The notes: generated by a model from the letters alone, not told the origin. Numbered from the stretch's first letter, positions 12,496 to 26,393 are shown. The stretch: 64,000 bases of DNA from Yuukianura sp. NJ FZ-2021 (GCA_046563655.1 CM102289.1:2852001-2916000); one strand, 5' to 3'. Numbers and translations are program-made.

Positions 12496-13828
12496 TCACA
12501 CGTTCTTTTTGTCGGCCGTGAACTTTCTAATTTTGTCACCAAATTTCATCGCATTTTGAAGCACTGTACTCGGTATGATACTGAAACAAAAGACACAAAA
12601 CCAATTTAGTAATTTACTTTAAGAAAAATCGACCCACTCAAAGCTAAAAGTTTACACCAATTAATAACTTCAAAATTGGTTCTTACGATAACAACAAAAC
12701 AATGACGCGGAAGCCCCAGGAAGGAATCAAAAAGTTTTGATTAGTCAAAATTGCGTCCATCATTTCGTCAACAACTGGCTCCGGATCTCTGATGGGCAAA
12801 AAAGCGGTTGAAGGAGGCAAGTTGTGCTCATGGCCCTTGATAATATTGGTTCGACAAAAATATGGGCATATGACCGTAGTGTTGATCTTGGCATCAGGAT
12901 ATTTCAACTACAGTGGCAAAAATGCAACGTTTTGAAAAAAAATTAAATTAAGCCATTTGGGAAATTCTAGAGTAGATTTCTTTGAACTAAACACTTTGCG
13001 CAGTAGTTTATACCTTCAATTGGTCCTTCAGGGATTCGTGTAGCCCAACTGCTGCATGCTTTGTAGCGCAGTACCCTGGAAGTTTACCTGATCCGACTAG
13101 TCCTGCAACAGAAGCTATGGTCACAACATGTCCAATTCCAGTTGAGATCATTGCTGGAAGAAATTGTTTTATGATCTAAAAAAAATAAAATCGAAATAAT
13201 AATTGGGAAAAAAAGAATTTTTTTTTAAATTTTTGTTAGAGTTAAGTATAAGCCACACTGACTGAACTTTGAAACACTTTACAAATTTACCCAAAAATGT
13301 GCCAAAATGTTGATTTGAAACATTTTCTCAACCAGTTCGTCTTTCCCATTGACAAGATCGGTTTCGGCTCCAATTCCCGCGTTGTTTATTACGATATCGA
13401 CTTTGCCAACTTCGGCTTGCACTTTTTTAGCGGCAGCGTAAATCTGATCTCGAGAGGAAACGTCAACCACGTACGAAAAGCACTTTCCTCCTCCCTTTTT
13501 AATCATTTTTGCAGTTTCATCCATTCCTAAAAAATGACAATTTTTAGCTCAGGCCTGCCATTTCTTTAATTAAAGTAAAATAAAGCCCAAAATTTGAAAA
13601 CTCACCAGCCTTGTTAACATCCCAAATGACAGCAATGGCTCCATGGTCCAAGGCGAATTTCTTGGCCAGCAATTGGCCAAATCCAGAAGCTCCTCCTGTG
13701 ACTAACACGATTTGATTTTTGACATTCTTGTGAACCAATTTTCTTGGCAGAAAGCTGGCGAAGATTGTGTAAAAGAAGCTAACTGGAATCAGCAGCAGTG
13801 CAAGAAAAAAATCAGCCACGGTGTTCAT
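12496..13828 (-). CDS. Short-chain dehydrogenase/reductase (SDR16C; RDH10/17beta-HSD11-like), 5 exons
   Basis: N-terminal TM, TGGASGFG, INNAG and YCATK motifs; canonical splice sites. Confidence 0.92.
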
Positions 13829-13921
13829 CTTGGAAATGGAGTGACAAAATTTCGCAATAGCTACCTCGAAGTTCAATCCGCGTACTTTGCCCGTGATGTT
13901 GACGGCTAATTCTCATTCCAT

Positions 13922-15085
13922 CCCTAGTAGCAAGTCGTAGCGAAACGCTATTCTAAATTAGAGCTGCCGTGGCGTAGCTTTCGCACGCTGTCTGTATGGT
14001 ATCTTTTCTCTGTCCTTTTGTCGAAACTTCTATCGCGTATTTGTCGCGTCAATCGCTTCGAATTTGAAGCGATCAATAAGACGGATCCTAGAAAAGGCGC
14101 TTCATCGCTACTCCTTTCGAAGCCTGAAAGGGAGTGTACCAGAGCTCTCACTCTGAATGCCAGCTTTAAAACTCGAGTTTCGTTCGTTGGTATCATTCGC
14201 TCTTCAAAAATCATTTGAAGTTTTGTTTCCCAAGAAAATAATTTCAAAGTACTGTTAAATGCTTAAAAGTCTCAATGTAATAGTCGAATAACGTCAAGTG
14301 TGTTATGTCTACACCAAGAAGGAAGATATTTAGCAGTAGACATCTACGAAGGAAAGTGGTTCAAGGTTCACAAGCAGTATTTGATTCTCTACAACCTGGG
14401 ACGGAAACATCATCAAGCAATTCAACAGTTACCGGAAATCCTAGCACGGACACCCAATTATTAACGTTTTGCTCAGTAAGGCTATTTGTTTTTCAAAATC
14501 CGCTTAGTCTGAAAAAAAAATCTGAAAGTATTTCTTATTGCAATATTTTTATTTCAGGTGCCTTCATTTTAAATCCTGTGACTGGATCAGGAGCCACTTT
14601 GCGCATGATTGAACAAACTTGTCGAGGAATTTTCAAAAATGCAAGTGACAACATTAGCAAGAAGTCTACATTTCCGTTAACACCGCCTTCCGTTGATGAC
14701 CTGTCAACCTAAATCTTGAAACAGAGGCATCTTACTGACATAGTGTAGCCATAGGTTAGTATATAGACACTGTGACAAATTTACTCGAATTAATAAACTG
14801 TGCGTGCACCTATTGTTATAGCATGAAAATATATCCCGGTATTCCTTTTCGAAAAGTAGTAGTCGGAACGCTAGTTTAAAGACTCCTGTCTTTAGGCCAG
14901 CCTAAGGACGACGCCCACAGAAGCGTGAAGACGCTGCGAAAACTATTGCGTTTCCGCTGACAACGTATAGGCTTGAAGACAGCGGAATGCCAGCTACCGC
15001 TGTTTCACAGCGAGCGTGAAGCCTTCGAGACCGCTTTAGGTAGCGGTCTCCAAGAAACATTTAAGACTGCTTTGTGCTACTAGGG
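13922..15085. mobile_element. 1.16-kb non-autonomous TIR element (CMC/EnSpm-like)
   Basis: 11-bp TIR CCCTAGTAGCA with 2-bp AT duplication; absent from the paralogous SDR upstream region (about 17955). Confidence 0.75.
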
Positions 15086-15319
15086 ATAGATATTAGAGAA
15101 AAACAAGTACAAAAATTATCTCTTGTAGCCTGATTAGATATTCTAATCATTCAGACGTATGTAATATAGAACCACATAAAATTTTGTGTGCTAAAGGTTA
15201 CGTTGAATTCCCAATAGTTTTTGCCCCAATGCAATCCATCTAGAATTGAAAACGCCGAAATTGCTGAGTGCTTTGAACTTGTTTAGAGACTAGATAATGC
15301 ATTTCATAAATTTAAATTT

Positions 15320-15766
15320 CCAAGGCCCGTAGGCCGGGGGGACTAGAGCTCCGGCTCTATCCCACTAACACCTTGGACGGGCGCGGGTTCGAGTCCCGGC
15401 GTCGCCGACACGAAAGTCGTTTTCCAGAAATGGTTTTTCCACTTTCCTAGCCCAGATGGGGTGTTCGGATGATAGGTCAGTTTGGGTTGCTATGGGTACA
15501 TGTGAAGAGGTCAGTAGTTGCTGCTGTCGAAGGGGGACGTGGGCCGGTATGCGTACGATGCTGTTCCTGTCACTTGCCTGGAGCTGTGATATGTGGTAGG
15601 GCCCTAGCCCGTTCAGCTCTAGCAGAAAGCCTTTCGTCCTTCCCTCAGAACTTCTCGCCAACTATCTGACTGTACCACCGCCCCACCTCATAGGACCTCA
15701 ACCCAACCCAGAAATTCCCTAACCCTTGTTGATAGAGCATATGCTAAAGTCAATAAACCCCGCAAA
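15320..15766 (+). mobile_element. tRNA-derived SINE
   Basis: B-box GGTTCGAGTCC in a GC-rich head; 14-bp TSD ATAAATTTAAATTT; empty site visible in the paralogous region (about 18012-18033). Confidence 0.8.
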
Positions 15767-16530
15767 ATAAATTTAAATTTGGTTAGATTGGTTCATTTTT
15801 TTTAAAATAATACTAACAGAAGCTAAAATTTGTAAATTTGTTAATAACTCGTATTGGAAAAAAATTATCTTGTTCACTACTAGGTTTTGATATGCCAATT
15901 CCATAGTAAGAAAAAAGTTGTAGCACACTTAATTTACTCTTGAAATCGTTTTTTTTCCTGCGATTTGTTTAAAAAAAATGCAAGTTTTTCAAAATGGGTA
16001 ACAAGAGTTTTGTTACTTAACAAAACACTTCGACTTCAATTCTAACAGTGAATTGGTTAGCTAATAGGCACGTAGTTTTTATGTATATTTTATTTACATG
16101 TACAAAGCACAACAAATTTGTCCAAGTTGACCACGGTGTAATCAGATGGAGACAGAACCGTACGAATTCATCAATTAGTATTAATTAATTAGTTAATTAA
16201 TTAGTATTGTCAGGGTAATTTTCTAGCTTTTCGTTTTGATTGTAATATATGTTTTCGGGGGGATTTGCAAAACCTACAACGTTTTGTTGAATCAATTTGG
16301 TTAAAAAACACTACATGTTTGTCATAATTAAATATTCCACGTTGAAAAAATATATGTGCAAATAAAAGAAATCATTTGGTATCCCATAAAATCACTTATA
16401 ATTTTACATATAATTATATCTTATGTATCTTATATATTATATATATTATATCTTATATATCGTTTTATATTTTCATTCAAAATCACAATTTAATTATGGC
16501 TACTGTTCGTGATTGCGACGGTGCGAAGTT

Positions 16531-17865
16531 TCACGCATTCTTTTTTTTGACCGTGAACTTTCTGATTTTGTCACCAAATTTCATCGCGTTTTGAAGTACT
16601 GTACTCGGTATGATACTGAAACAAAAGACAAAAACAATTTAATAATTTACTTTTAAAAAAATTCGACACTTTGAAAAAAAGCTAAAAGTTTACACGAATG
16701 CATAATTTCAAAACTGGTTCTTACGATGATATCAAAACAATGACGCGGAAGCCCCAGCAAGGAATCAAAAAGTTTTGATTAGTCAAAATTGCGTCCATCA
16801 TTTCGTCAACGACTGGTTCCGGATCTCTGATTGGCAAAAATACGGTTGAAGGGGGCAAGTTGTGTTCATGCCCTTTAATAATGTTGGTTCGACAAGCATA
16901 TGGGCATATGACCGTAGTGTTGATCTTGGCATTAGGATATTTCAACTACAGTGGGAAAAAAATGCAAAGTTTACTAAAAGAAACATGAAATGAAGCCATT
17001 TGGGAAATTCCAGAGTAGGTACCTAAATTTTTCTAACAAAACACTTTGCACAGTAGTTTATACCTTCAATTGGTCCTTCAGGGATTCGTGTAGCCCAACT
17101 GCTGCATGCTTTGTGGCGCAGTACGCTGGGATTTTACCTGATCCGACCAGTCCTGCAACAGAAGCTATGGTCACAACATGTCCAATTCCAGTTGAGATCA
17201 TTGCTGGAAGAAATTGCTTTATGATCTAAAAAAAATGATCGAAAAAGATCAACATAAGATTTGAGAAAAAAAATTTAAAAAAAAAAGGCCAATCTGAACT
17301 GTGAGACTCTTTGCAAATTTACCCAAAAATGTGCCAAAATGTTGATTTGGAACATTTTCTCAACGATTTCGTCTTTCCCATCGACAAAATCCGTTTCGTC
17401 TCCAACTCCCGCGTTGTTTATAACAATATCGACTTTGCCAACTTCGGCTTGCACTCTTTTAGCTGCAGCGTAAATCTGATCTCGAGAGGAAACGTCAACC
17501 ACGTACGAAAAGCACTTTCCACCTCCCTTCTTAATCATTTTTGCAGTTTCGTCCATTCCTGAAAAACGGATACCAATTTTCAGCGCATTCCTGCCACTTT
17601 TTTTGATTAAGGTGAAATGACGCCCAAAATTTGAAAACTCACCAGCCTTGTTAACATCCCAAATGACAGCAATGGCTCCATGGTCCAAGGCGAATTTCTT
17701 GGCCAGCAGTTGGCCAAATCCAGAAGCTCCCCCTGTTACCAAAACGATTTGATTTTTGACATCCTTGTAAACCAATTTCCTTGGCAGGAAGTTGAGGATG
17801 ATGGTGTAAAAGAAGCTAACTGGAAGCAGTAGGAGTACAAGAACGAAATCAGCCACGGTGTTCAT
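16531..17865 (-). CDS. Short-chain dehydrogenase/reductase, tandem paralog, 5 exons
   Basis: Same motifs and intron positions as 12496-13828. Confidence 0.92.
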
Positions 17866-19214
17866 CTTGGAAATGGAGTGACAAAATTGTGCAACCGATA
17901 CCTCAAAGTTTGATCCGGCTACTTTGCTCGTAATGCTGACGATCAATTCCAATTCTATATATCAGAAAATATATTAGAAAAACTAAACTTTTTTGTAAAC
18001 TAAATAATACCTTTCATAAAATTAAATTTGGTTCAGATTACACGATCGTTTAAAGTAAAACATAATATAACTCCAATAACTCCTAAAATAATTCCAATAA
18101 CAAAAGCTTAAATTTATAAATTTGTCATAACTCGTATTGGAGGAGACGATTAATTTACTGAAGCCAGATTTACTATTTTCGCTAATATAGCAACACATTA
18201 TTATACTTACACTATGTCCATACTCACTAAATGAAATTAGAATTTTAACTTTGCAGCAACTTACAACATGAAAAGTGTGTTATTTTCTCCTCACTACTAC
18301 TAACATTTGTTCTTTAGTTTATTCTTAAAAAAAGACAATAGTTAATTATGATTTCAAAAATGGATAAAAATTTTAATTAGTCATTATTAAATCAAGGTCC
18401 TTTTTTGTGATGGCAGTACTAAATTTTATCACTTCCCGACAAGTTGAATCATATAATATTCACGGTATTAAGTTGTCCCGTTTTCTGAAAGTTATCGATT
18501 CTTATAATTTATTGATGAAGCCAAACTGCTGAGTCAAGGTTCCTCGCTAAACAAACCAATAAACCGCAGATATGGTGAAGTTCGTGACACATTATTTGAA
18601 TTAACCTCATTACAAAATTTTATTTAATTAAAATTATTATGCTAGATTCAAACTCTATAATAACGTTTGACATTTATATATTAACTCGAAACAAGATTTC
18701 AAATTGGGTTCAAAAGTTGGTTTAAAGTCCACTTGATACAGATATACTTTTATCATGCCCTACAATTTGATTAGGTTAATCTCGTGTTCCAATTCCCCGC
18801 AATCGGCACTGGCATTGGCTCGAAAATGCCTAAATATAAATTCGACGCAACCCTCACTTAAGCTCCAATGAAAACGGAAGTGCATTTTTTGCCCAAGAAT
18901 TTGGCAAACCCTATTCTGTTTTTGTGTATCCCATGTGCAAGCAACGACATGGCCATATGATACTAACTTTTCATTTCCATCTGAACAGTTTGCCACTCTA
19001 ATATTTCATAATTTTTGCAACTTTATTTGCACAACTGACTCATCTAAATTCACAAAACGAATTCGAAGTTTTAACACTGTGGACTTAATATTTATCTATT
19101 CTGTCGTTACGACAAGTTTAGGCAACTAAAATAATAGTTTTGCTAATGAAATTAAAGTTGCAAGCCAATCAGTATCAGAATTAGAAAAAGAAGGAAAAGA
19201 AAGTAAAGAGAAGA

Positions 19215-20240
19215 ATGGCGTCTAGAAGTACAAGGAACAGAAAAAGAAAGCAAAGTGACCGAATTCGGTTGGAGCAAATCGCAGGTTTAGGGAAAAGTGC
19301 TTCGGATAATTCCAGTTCGCATTCAGCGCTGCAAATTCCACTTCCAAATTGACCTGTAGAGTTCAGGTTCAATCAGCTGTTTAAAAATATTGAAGAGTGG
19401 GCTCTGGAGGAAGAATTTGAACCACAGTCATTCGATGACTTTAAAACCATGGAACGCTGGAAGGTCACGAGGTCACGGAAAACAATATTTATCTTACCAT
19501 TCGAGTGTGTCAGGTCCACTGGTGTTTCTAATGCCAAAGTCAACCAATCACCACAAGAATTGAATACTTTTGTGGAATTTACGTCTGCCTACTTTAGTTT
19601 ACCAGTGAAAGTTATGGACCCGTGTAAAATTGTTGTTGGAAAGCAACTGAAGTGTTGTTTCTCAGATGGAAAAGAGTTTCGCTTAAAAGGAAACAAGAAT
19701 GAATTTGGCGCTATCCGGTTGAACGTACGCTTAATTCTAGACGCCATGGAAGAAGTAGTTCCATCAAGTGCTTACTGTGTCCTGGGCATTACTACTTGTG
19801 ACATTTACGAATTTGATGAAACAGAAAACATTATCATGGGAAGAGGAACCGGGGATCGCGTTGGCGTATTGTCTCTGTACAGATTTGACCCAAGCTTAAT
19901 TCAAACTGAATTTGAAAACTCTCCCAAAAAAGTTTTCGCAAAAAAATCTAAAAATTGGGTCATCGATGCTTGCAAAACTTTAGCCCATGAAACGATGCAT
20001 ATGTTTGGATTGGACCACTGCACCTACTTTATTTGTGTGATGAATGCAAATGTGGATCCGCATGGAGGTGGAAAAGATCCCATACATTTGTGTCCAATTT
20101 GTCTTAAAAAGTTATATTATTCTATAAAATTTAATATCGACGACAGATACGCTAATTTATTAAATATTTACAAGAAATACGAATGGAGAAAGGAAGTAGA
20201 GTGGTTGGAGGATAGGATAAATTTATTGAAGCCAGGCTAA
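19215..20240 (+). CDS. Archaemetzincin (AMZ2-like, peptidase M54); likely intron 19285-19359
   Basis: HETMHMFGLDHC..CVMN..HLCPICLKKL zinc motif. Confidence 0.9.
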
Positions 20241-20536
20241 CTTTTTTTTAGCTTAACGACAAAATATTATACTGTGCTTAAATTGGGTTACAATGTGAAG
20301 TTTGAAGTAAGAAAATGAAACATATATAGTTGCTTATTTAAACTCAAATCAGGCTTTACCAATTAATTACCAACTAATTAATACTTGATTAGAATAATAT
20401 TAAATATCTTAATTAAAACCTGAGTTTATAACGGAACCATAAGAGGATAGATAAGTGTATGGGACTTAAAATTTTAACGTCTACGTTACAAATTTTAACA
20501 GCAGGAAAATTAGATTCAAATTTAGCTCTTTATTAT

Positions 20537-20698
20537 CAGGGCTGCAAAAAATATTTATTGAAAATCATAGAAATATTTGAATACATACAATATTTACTTA
20601 AAAACCTTGAAATATTTACTAACTTAACATCAAAGGCATGGTAAAATAAATAAATATTTAGTAACCAAAGGAACTCAAATGTTGATTTTGTTAACATC
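20537..20698. mobile_element. Degenerate copy of the hAT MITE family (25364-25560)
   Basis: CAGGGCTGCAAAAAATATTTA terminus and colinear AAATATTT repeats. Confidence 0.6.
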
Positions 20699-20756
20699 TG
20701 GTTATCTCGCGTGTTTATAGAAGTGATGATACTGTTTTTATGTTTTAACATACATT

Positions 20757-22115
20757 TTAATCGAATGTAAGGAGAACATCAACCGTATTGTCGAAAATTA
20801 TGTTGAGGTAAGTAAGCTTCGTAGTGTGTTTTACAATGTAAAAGCTTCCTACAGAAATTCCAAAGGGAAGCAAAGCCCGGAGTCGTTTGATATGCAATTG
20901 GTTTCGCATGTTAGATGCCCGTCTCCACTTGTTCAGCAATGCAGTGCTTTCAACATGCACAGCACCCGCCACACTGTTGAATCCAATTCCCACAACAGAG
21001 TTGATTACTACCACTATGAGGTAGAACATGTATTCGGAAATAGGAACTTTTGAAAACGTTCTTATGGCGACATAGATAGCACGGATCCAACCGATTCCAA
21101 AAATTGTCAACACGCTGGGAATAAATATTTTTCCAAAGTTTTCGTTGAACAGCACGTTCAGCAAGCACTGAATGTTGTAAAAATGGATGTCATCCAAGTA
21201 CGCCTCCTGCCTACGTATATATCACAAACGCGATTAAATGTGTAACCTTTACTATACAATACTTTGCCATTTCGCTTGTATGTTATCAACATTGTCAGAT
21301 CTGTTACGTTATGTCTTACGTTGTTGCGATTGCACGAAGTACGCGCCGTGTCATTACCATATACAACGTGAGTAAGTAGGACATCTGAAGTAGTATACCA
21401 TAAAATACCGCATAAAAGTACAGGTCTGTAAATTCCTCCATGACTCCAAGTGCTCGAAGTTTGTTTCCAAAGAGCATTGGGGTAAGGAAGTGCTTCGGAG
21501 CAGGCCGCAGAATTGCAGTAACACAAGATAAGACATACCCAGTTAGTATAGTTCCACAAAGGAATGCAAATGTTCTGTTTACTTTTTTCCACTGTTTGTC
21601 AAAATGATGGGGAAAAAGATCTAAAAAATAGAAATAAAAATGAGAAAAGCCTTCCAAAAAATTCAACCTAGTCAGACAAACTTATTCCAAATGTTATTTT
21701 TTAACAGTACAAAATTAACTAGCAGAAACCTTTTACCTTCCATTTGCCGCTGGGTTTTGAGAAACTGGTTGATGTAGTAGGTCAGTTCAGATTCCCTGCG
21801 AAAGTACATTAGGCGGCACACCAGGTACAAAGGAAAAGTTGTCGTAAGACGGCGAATAAGAATCGGTACGTCTCTTCTTGGCAAAATAAGCTCGCCAGTC
21901 CACCACTGTGACAGACGATAGACAAAGAATAGAGCGCGAATGAGCACAATGAGGTCAATTGCTCTTTGAATGAACCCGCGCTGTAACCCGTGCCACAAAC
22001 TTGACCCCGGAAGAGGCACAGCTACATGAACCCCTCCTTCGGTTTTCATTTCCATCGGAGTGAAGAATTTCTTTGAGATGAAATTTGTGAGTTTAATAAA
22101 CAAAGTAAGGTCCAT
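20757..22115 (-). CDS. Divergent 7TM chemoreceptor-like protein, 3 exons
   Basis: Three hydrophobic ORFs joined by GT-AG introns; C-terminus LRALLPFGISVGSFY...VDVLLTF. Confidence 0.7.
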
Positions 22116-22789
22116 TTTAATTGTTACTTTCAAGTTGTCTACTGTCTAATAAGGCTTGCGAGTCTAAAATAAAAATTTTGCTTTTTATATCCATAGTTTC
22201 ACGATGTAATTTTATTTTTTGGAAAGGAATAAAATTTGATGAAAAAACCAGATAGTTAGGCGTGGTTTTACTGGCTCCTATAATTACAAATTCAACTGTT
22301 TTTCACTTTTGCAAATTACCTTTTAGCGCTTTGCGACGACATATTTTTTGCTTGTCTTCTTCCCTTATGTCGAACTATAGTTAATTTTTTATTATTATTA
22401 CTTGAACGACATTTGCTGCTGTTGAAATGTAAAAGAAATTGCTCTGGTCATGAAAACATAACGGCAAAGGCTTTATTACATTTTAGATTAAGCTTTCTAT
22501 GCTAGCAAGATATATCTAAGTTTGCTGCATTTATCATTCTGCTAATGATGGCCATGTGTAATTAATGCACCTTGGCAATATATTTCGTCCAAGAAAAATA
22601 TTTTTGTGGGAGGCTATAATTATTTTGGATGCAAATCGTAAATTTTTCGTTAATGTTTTCGAAGGACTAAGAAAATGCCATAACCTTGAGTTTAAAGTTT
22701 GTCTTTTTTAAAATAACTTTCCGTGGGTTATGAACAATACGATGTGGTTTGTTTTACAGTGATGCTTAGAATTAACTACGAACTAAACG

Positions 22790-25700
22790 TTAGCGTAAAC
22801 GCAGAATCGTATCATAGTCGTGAGCGCAGAGCGTGTATCCAACCCTGGTTTCCAAACTTGGCAGTGGACTTCCTTCTGGAAGACTAAATTCAAACTTTTG
22901 CAGCAAACTTGTAATGAATATGAAAATGCTGTCACGAGCCAACACTTCTCCAAAACAATTTCGTTTGCCTAAAATAATTGCAAGAAGGTTGAAGTTAATT
23001 GCACCTTACTTAGGAAAGCTCTCATTTCATTTCTTTTTCAAAATATGTAACCTGCGCCAAATAAAACCTGAATCCGTTCCACTTTTTTTGAATCCAGTTT
23101 TTGAGAAGAATCGAAGAATCGTTCTGGACGAAACACATGCGGATCTCCCCAAAAGGCTTCGTCAAAGAAAATACTATGCAGATTCATCATCATAGCTGTT
23201 CCCTATGAATTAAAAGACTTTCAATAAATTTTAACACTTGCTTTGTTTCAATTAATAAATTTGATTTTACTAACTTTCTTGATACAGTAATTTCGATATA
23301 CAATTGGAGCAAGGGCTTCCTTTGGAACGCCCATAACCACTTCACGACTCCATCGCATACCTTCTAACAAAACGGCTTGAGTATACGGCATTCTAAATAA
23401 AAAAAAAAGTCATCATTGAAAATGGTTAAAAAAACACAACTAACTTCAGGGCTGAATAATTTTTTCAGTTATTACGAAAATTTATCCCCAATGCTGGGAA
23501 TTCCGGTTCCGATGACTTCAGAAATTTCTTTGTAAACTTTGTCTTGTACGGTTGGCATTACTACTAGATGAAGCAAGATAAAATTGACTACGCTACTTGT
23601 CGTTTCCATTCCAGCTTGAAAAATGTCTGCAAACAGTAGGCCAAAGTGGTCCTCTACAAAATAAAATATGTAATTTCTATATTTATATTTACTATATATA
23701 GTTCTAATGTATATCAAATATAAAATAATTCACATATTTATGTCAAACCAAATATTTATAGACATATATAACTACTTGTAATTATGACCTGTATATAACG
23801 GATTTGTTATCCCAGTTGCTGCTGCTTCGTCCATTTTTACCAAAAAGTCGTCCGTAAAGCATGCTGGATTTTTGGCATAATTTCCTTCCTTCCTCCTTTC
23901 TCTAAGGAAATTCTAAGTAAGCGAGGAATTTATATTAAGATATACCATTATTGGGAGTACGCCATTTCATTGAATGAATTTCAACGCAATGAATTACCCC
24001 AATTGAATTTTCCCGAAACCAACCACAACGAAAGTCGAATTACAGCGAAATACCAATTACAACGAAAGTCGTGATTCAACGAAAGAGTTCAACGAACCGG
24101 CACAACTGAGCTGACTATCACTGACTCAGTTGCTAGCATAAAACCGCCCGTTTGGCGCGGAAAAATATGAGTGAATTCACCGAATGAAACCGTTTAGAAG
24201 GTTACCACTTTGATCTGTATCATTCAGTGAAGGCACACTTTCCCCGCGCCGAAGGCGCGGCGTTAGGTTAGTAAGGCTGCACAATAGTGATTGGAAATCT
24301 TTGGTTAGGTTCGGCTGTGTCTGCCTCTTTTTGTGAGTTACAACTTTCATTGTAATTCGATTTCGTTGTAAATCTTGGACTGTAGTTGTAAATTTGCTTT
24401 GGGGTAATTGGATTTTCGTTGTAATTAGTGAAATTCATTCGAAGTAATTCATTTTGTTGTAATTCATTCGTTAAAATCGCATGAAACCCCATTATTAACC
24501 TTCACATTAAGTATAAACAAAGTTCATTGTAAGTTTCTGAATTGTGCTAAATGCGATGAAATTATAATACAAAATTGTGATATAAAAACGTATAATTTAG
24601 GCCCACCAATGCATCCATTCGAAAAGTTTTGACTCCTTTCATTTGCACGTTGTATCCAATGGCATCTGGGAAAATATATCTTAGGAACGGAAACGCAACC
24701 ATGAGACCTGAGGCAAACGTTCCATTTTTTGCCAATTCATTTGAAGATTTGATCAAACTTTGGAACGTCTTGTCGTCGTAAGTATAACGCCGTCCTGTTA
24801 TCCAAGTCGTTATGATGTTTGCAAACGGTAAGTTGAAATAATCCGAATGTATATGGAGGGCTCGGTCGCCGTTGGGCTGCGCATGCGCATCGTCTTCCAT
24901 AAATTTAAGAAATTCAGTCAATTCGTCTATCAACATGTTGCGCATGACTTCTCTTTTGCCGTAACCGTACTTCCCAAGAGTACTTCGACAAAATGTACGA
25001 ATTTTTGTCCATGCGACAGGATCCGGACAGAAAACTAAACCTTCAAAATTAAACCAAATTTTTGAAAAGATCATATTGACCTTTTAGGTTATAGGCGAAT
25101 GAGGTCATCCCATATTTCGCCAACCCGATTGATGTATAAAGGGTTTATTACACTGCATTTGAATCACTTACCAATGTCCTTGCGTCTGAGATTTCTGTCC
25201 CATATAACACCGCTACAAAACCTTCCAAGGGCTTCATCTTTTGAAAAAATCGAACGTACTGCTTCATACGATGATAGTACGACTGTAAAAAGAACATTAT
25301 ACTGTAATATTAACATGATTTTCACTTGTACCTGACTAAACGCCATTCCGCCTGCGTCATAAGCAGACCTGTGAAAAATATTTAGTTCCCATGCCTGTAA
25401 TGTTAACAAAATCCATATTTCGGGTCTTTTTGTTACTAAATATTTAGTTATTTGTCCATGCCCGTAATGTTAAGTTCGTAAATATTTCGACCTTTTTCAG
25501 TAAATATTGTATTTATTTAAATATTTCGCAGGTTTTTAGTAAATATTTTTGACAGGTCTGGTCATAAGTTTACCTGTGTCAACCAATCCCATTTTGATGC
25601 TCATAACGTCTCCATATTTTTGAGCCATTTGATGTAGAGCAATGTGTGCAACTTTAAACTGCATGCCAACCTGGATCAAATTTCCAAACGGAGGAATACG

Positions 25701-25864
25701 AATTGGACCTTGAGAAAGTTTAGTTTCAAAAATAAGACGATAAAGATTTTGTTTAATAAAACTGATTCTAATAAGTTACCAGGCGGTCTTCCCTCATTTT
25801 TGTTTTCAATATACAACAAAATTAAGTAAAGCACTACGAACAGTGTTACCAAAACCTCTATCAT
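22790..25864 (-). CDS. Cytochrome P450 (probably CYP2 clan), multi-exon
   Basis: N-terminal anchor plus PPG; AGMETT I-helix; EGMR; RPERF; heme motif FGAG|KRNCFG. Confidence 0.93.
23954..24488. mobile_element. Mutator-like foldback MITE in a CYP intron
   Basis: Flanks CCATTATTG/CCATTATTA (8 exact, 9 with one mismatch); inverted AACGAA/TTCGTT arrays; terminus GGTTTCATGCGATTT resembles that of the 5834 element. Confidence 0.7.
25364..25560. mobile_element. hAT MITE (197 bp) in a CYP intron
   Basis: TIR CAGACCTGT[G/C]AAAAATATTTA; 8-bp TSD GTCATAAG. Confidence 0.9.
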
Positions 25865-26290
25865 TCTTGGACTTTGCTACAGGAAGGACTGGATCTTATG
25901 TCTGAAAGGTTTAGCCCACAACTAACAGCATCAAGGCCAACACGATGAATTTCATATAAAAACTTTCTTTTCCCTTACAAAATTTGAAACAATACATGTC
26001 AAGGGAAATACAAAACCAATTGTTCGAATTTGATAGCTGGTAAAGCAAACCGTTGTAAAACGCCGTATGGAAGTAGCGAAGGGGACATAAAAGGTTGTAA
26101 ATGCATGCACTCGAAACTGTCTATTCCATGTTTTGGTGTTACCAGGGGTGTGACCTGTGACGGAGCACGCTTGGTTTTTCTACCAGTTGCATGTTGTAGT
26201 AATACGTCGCATAAGGTGCCGAATGCGAAGATCTGCTTCATTGCTTGGTTTTTATTTGATGTTCAAAGTTAACTACGAACAAACTAAGCA

Positions 26291-26393
26291 TTAGCGTAAA
26301 CGCAGAATCGTATCATAGTCGTGAGCGCAGAGGGAGTATCCAATCACTGACTCCTTTGGCGGTGGACTTCCTTCTGGAAGAGGAAATTCAAAC
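26291..26393 (-). pseudogene. Orphan 3' end of a paralogous CYP450
   Basis: Close copy of the CYP C-terminus ([13 protein letters not shown]) with adjacent 3'UTR similarity; rest of the gene is missing. Confidence 0.8.

Noticed and set aside
14305..14712. ORF inside the CCC-ended element as a transposase
   Set aside because: No recognisable transposase motif
15324..15410. Functional tRNA gene
   Set aside because: No convincing cloverleaf; it is the head of a TSD-flanked insertion
19350..19352. In-frame TGA in the archaemetzincin N-terminus (selenocysteine or readthrough?)
   Set aside because: It lies inside a 75-bp GT-AG segment (19285-19359) ending in a branch-like TGACCTGTAG; an intron explains it
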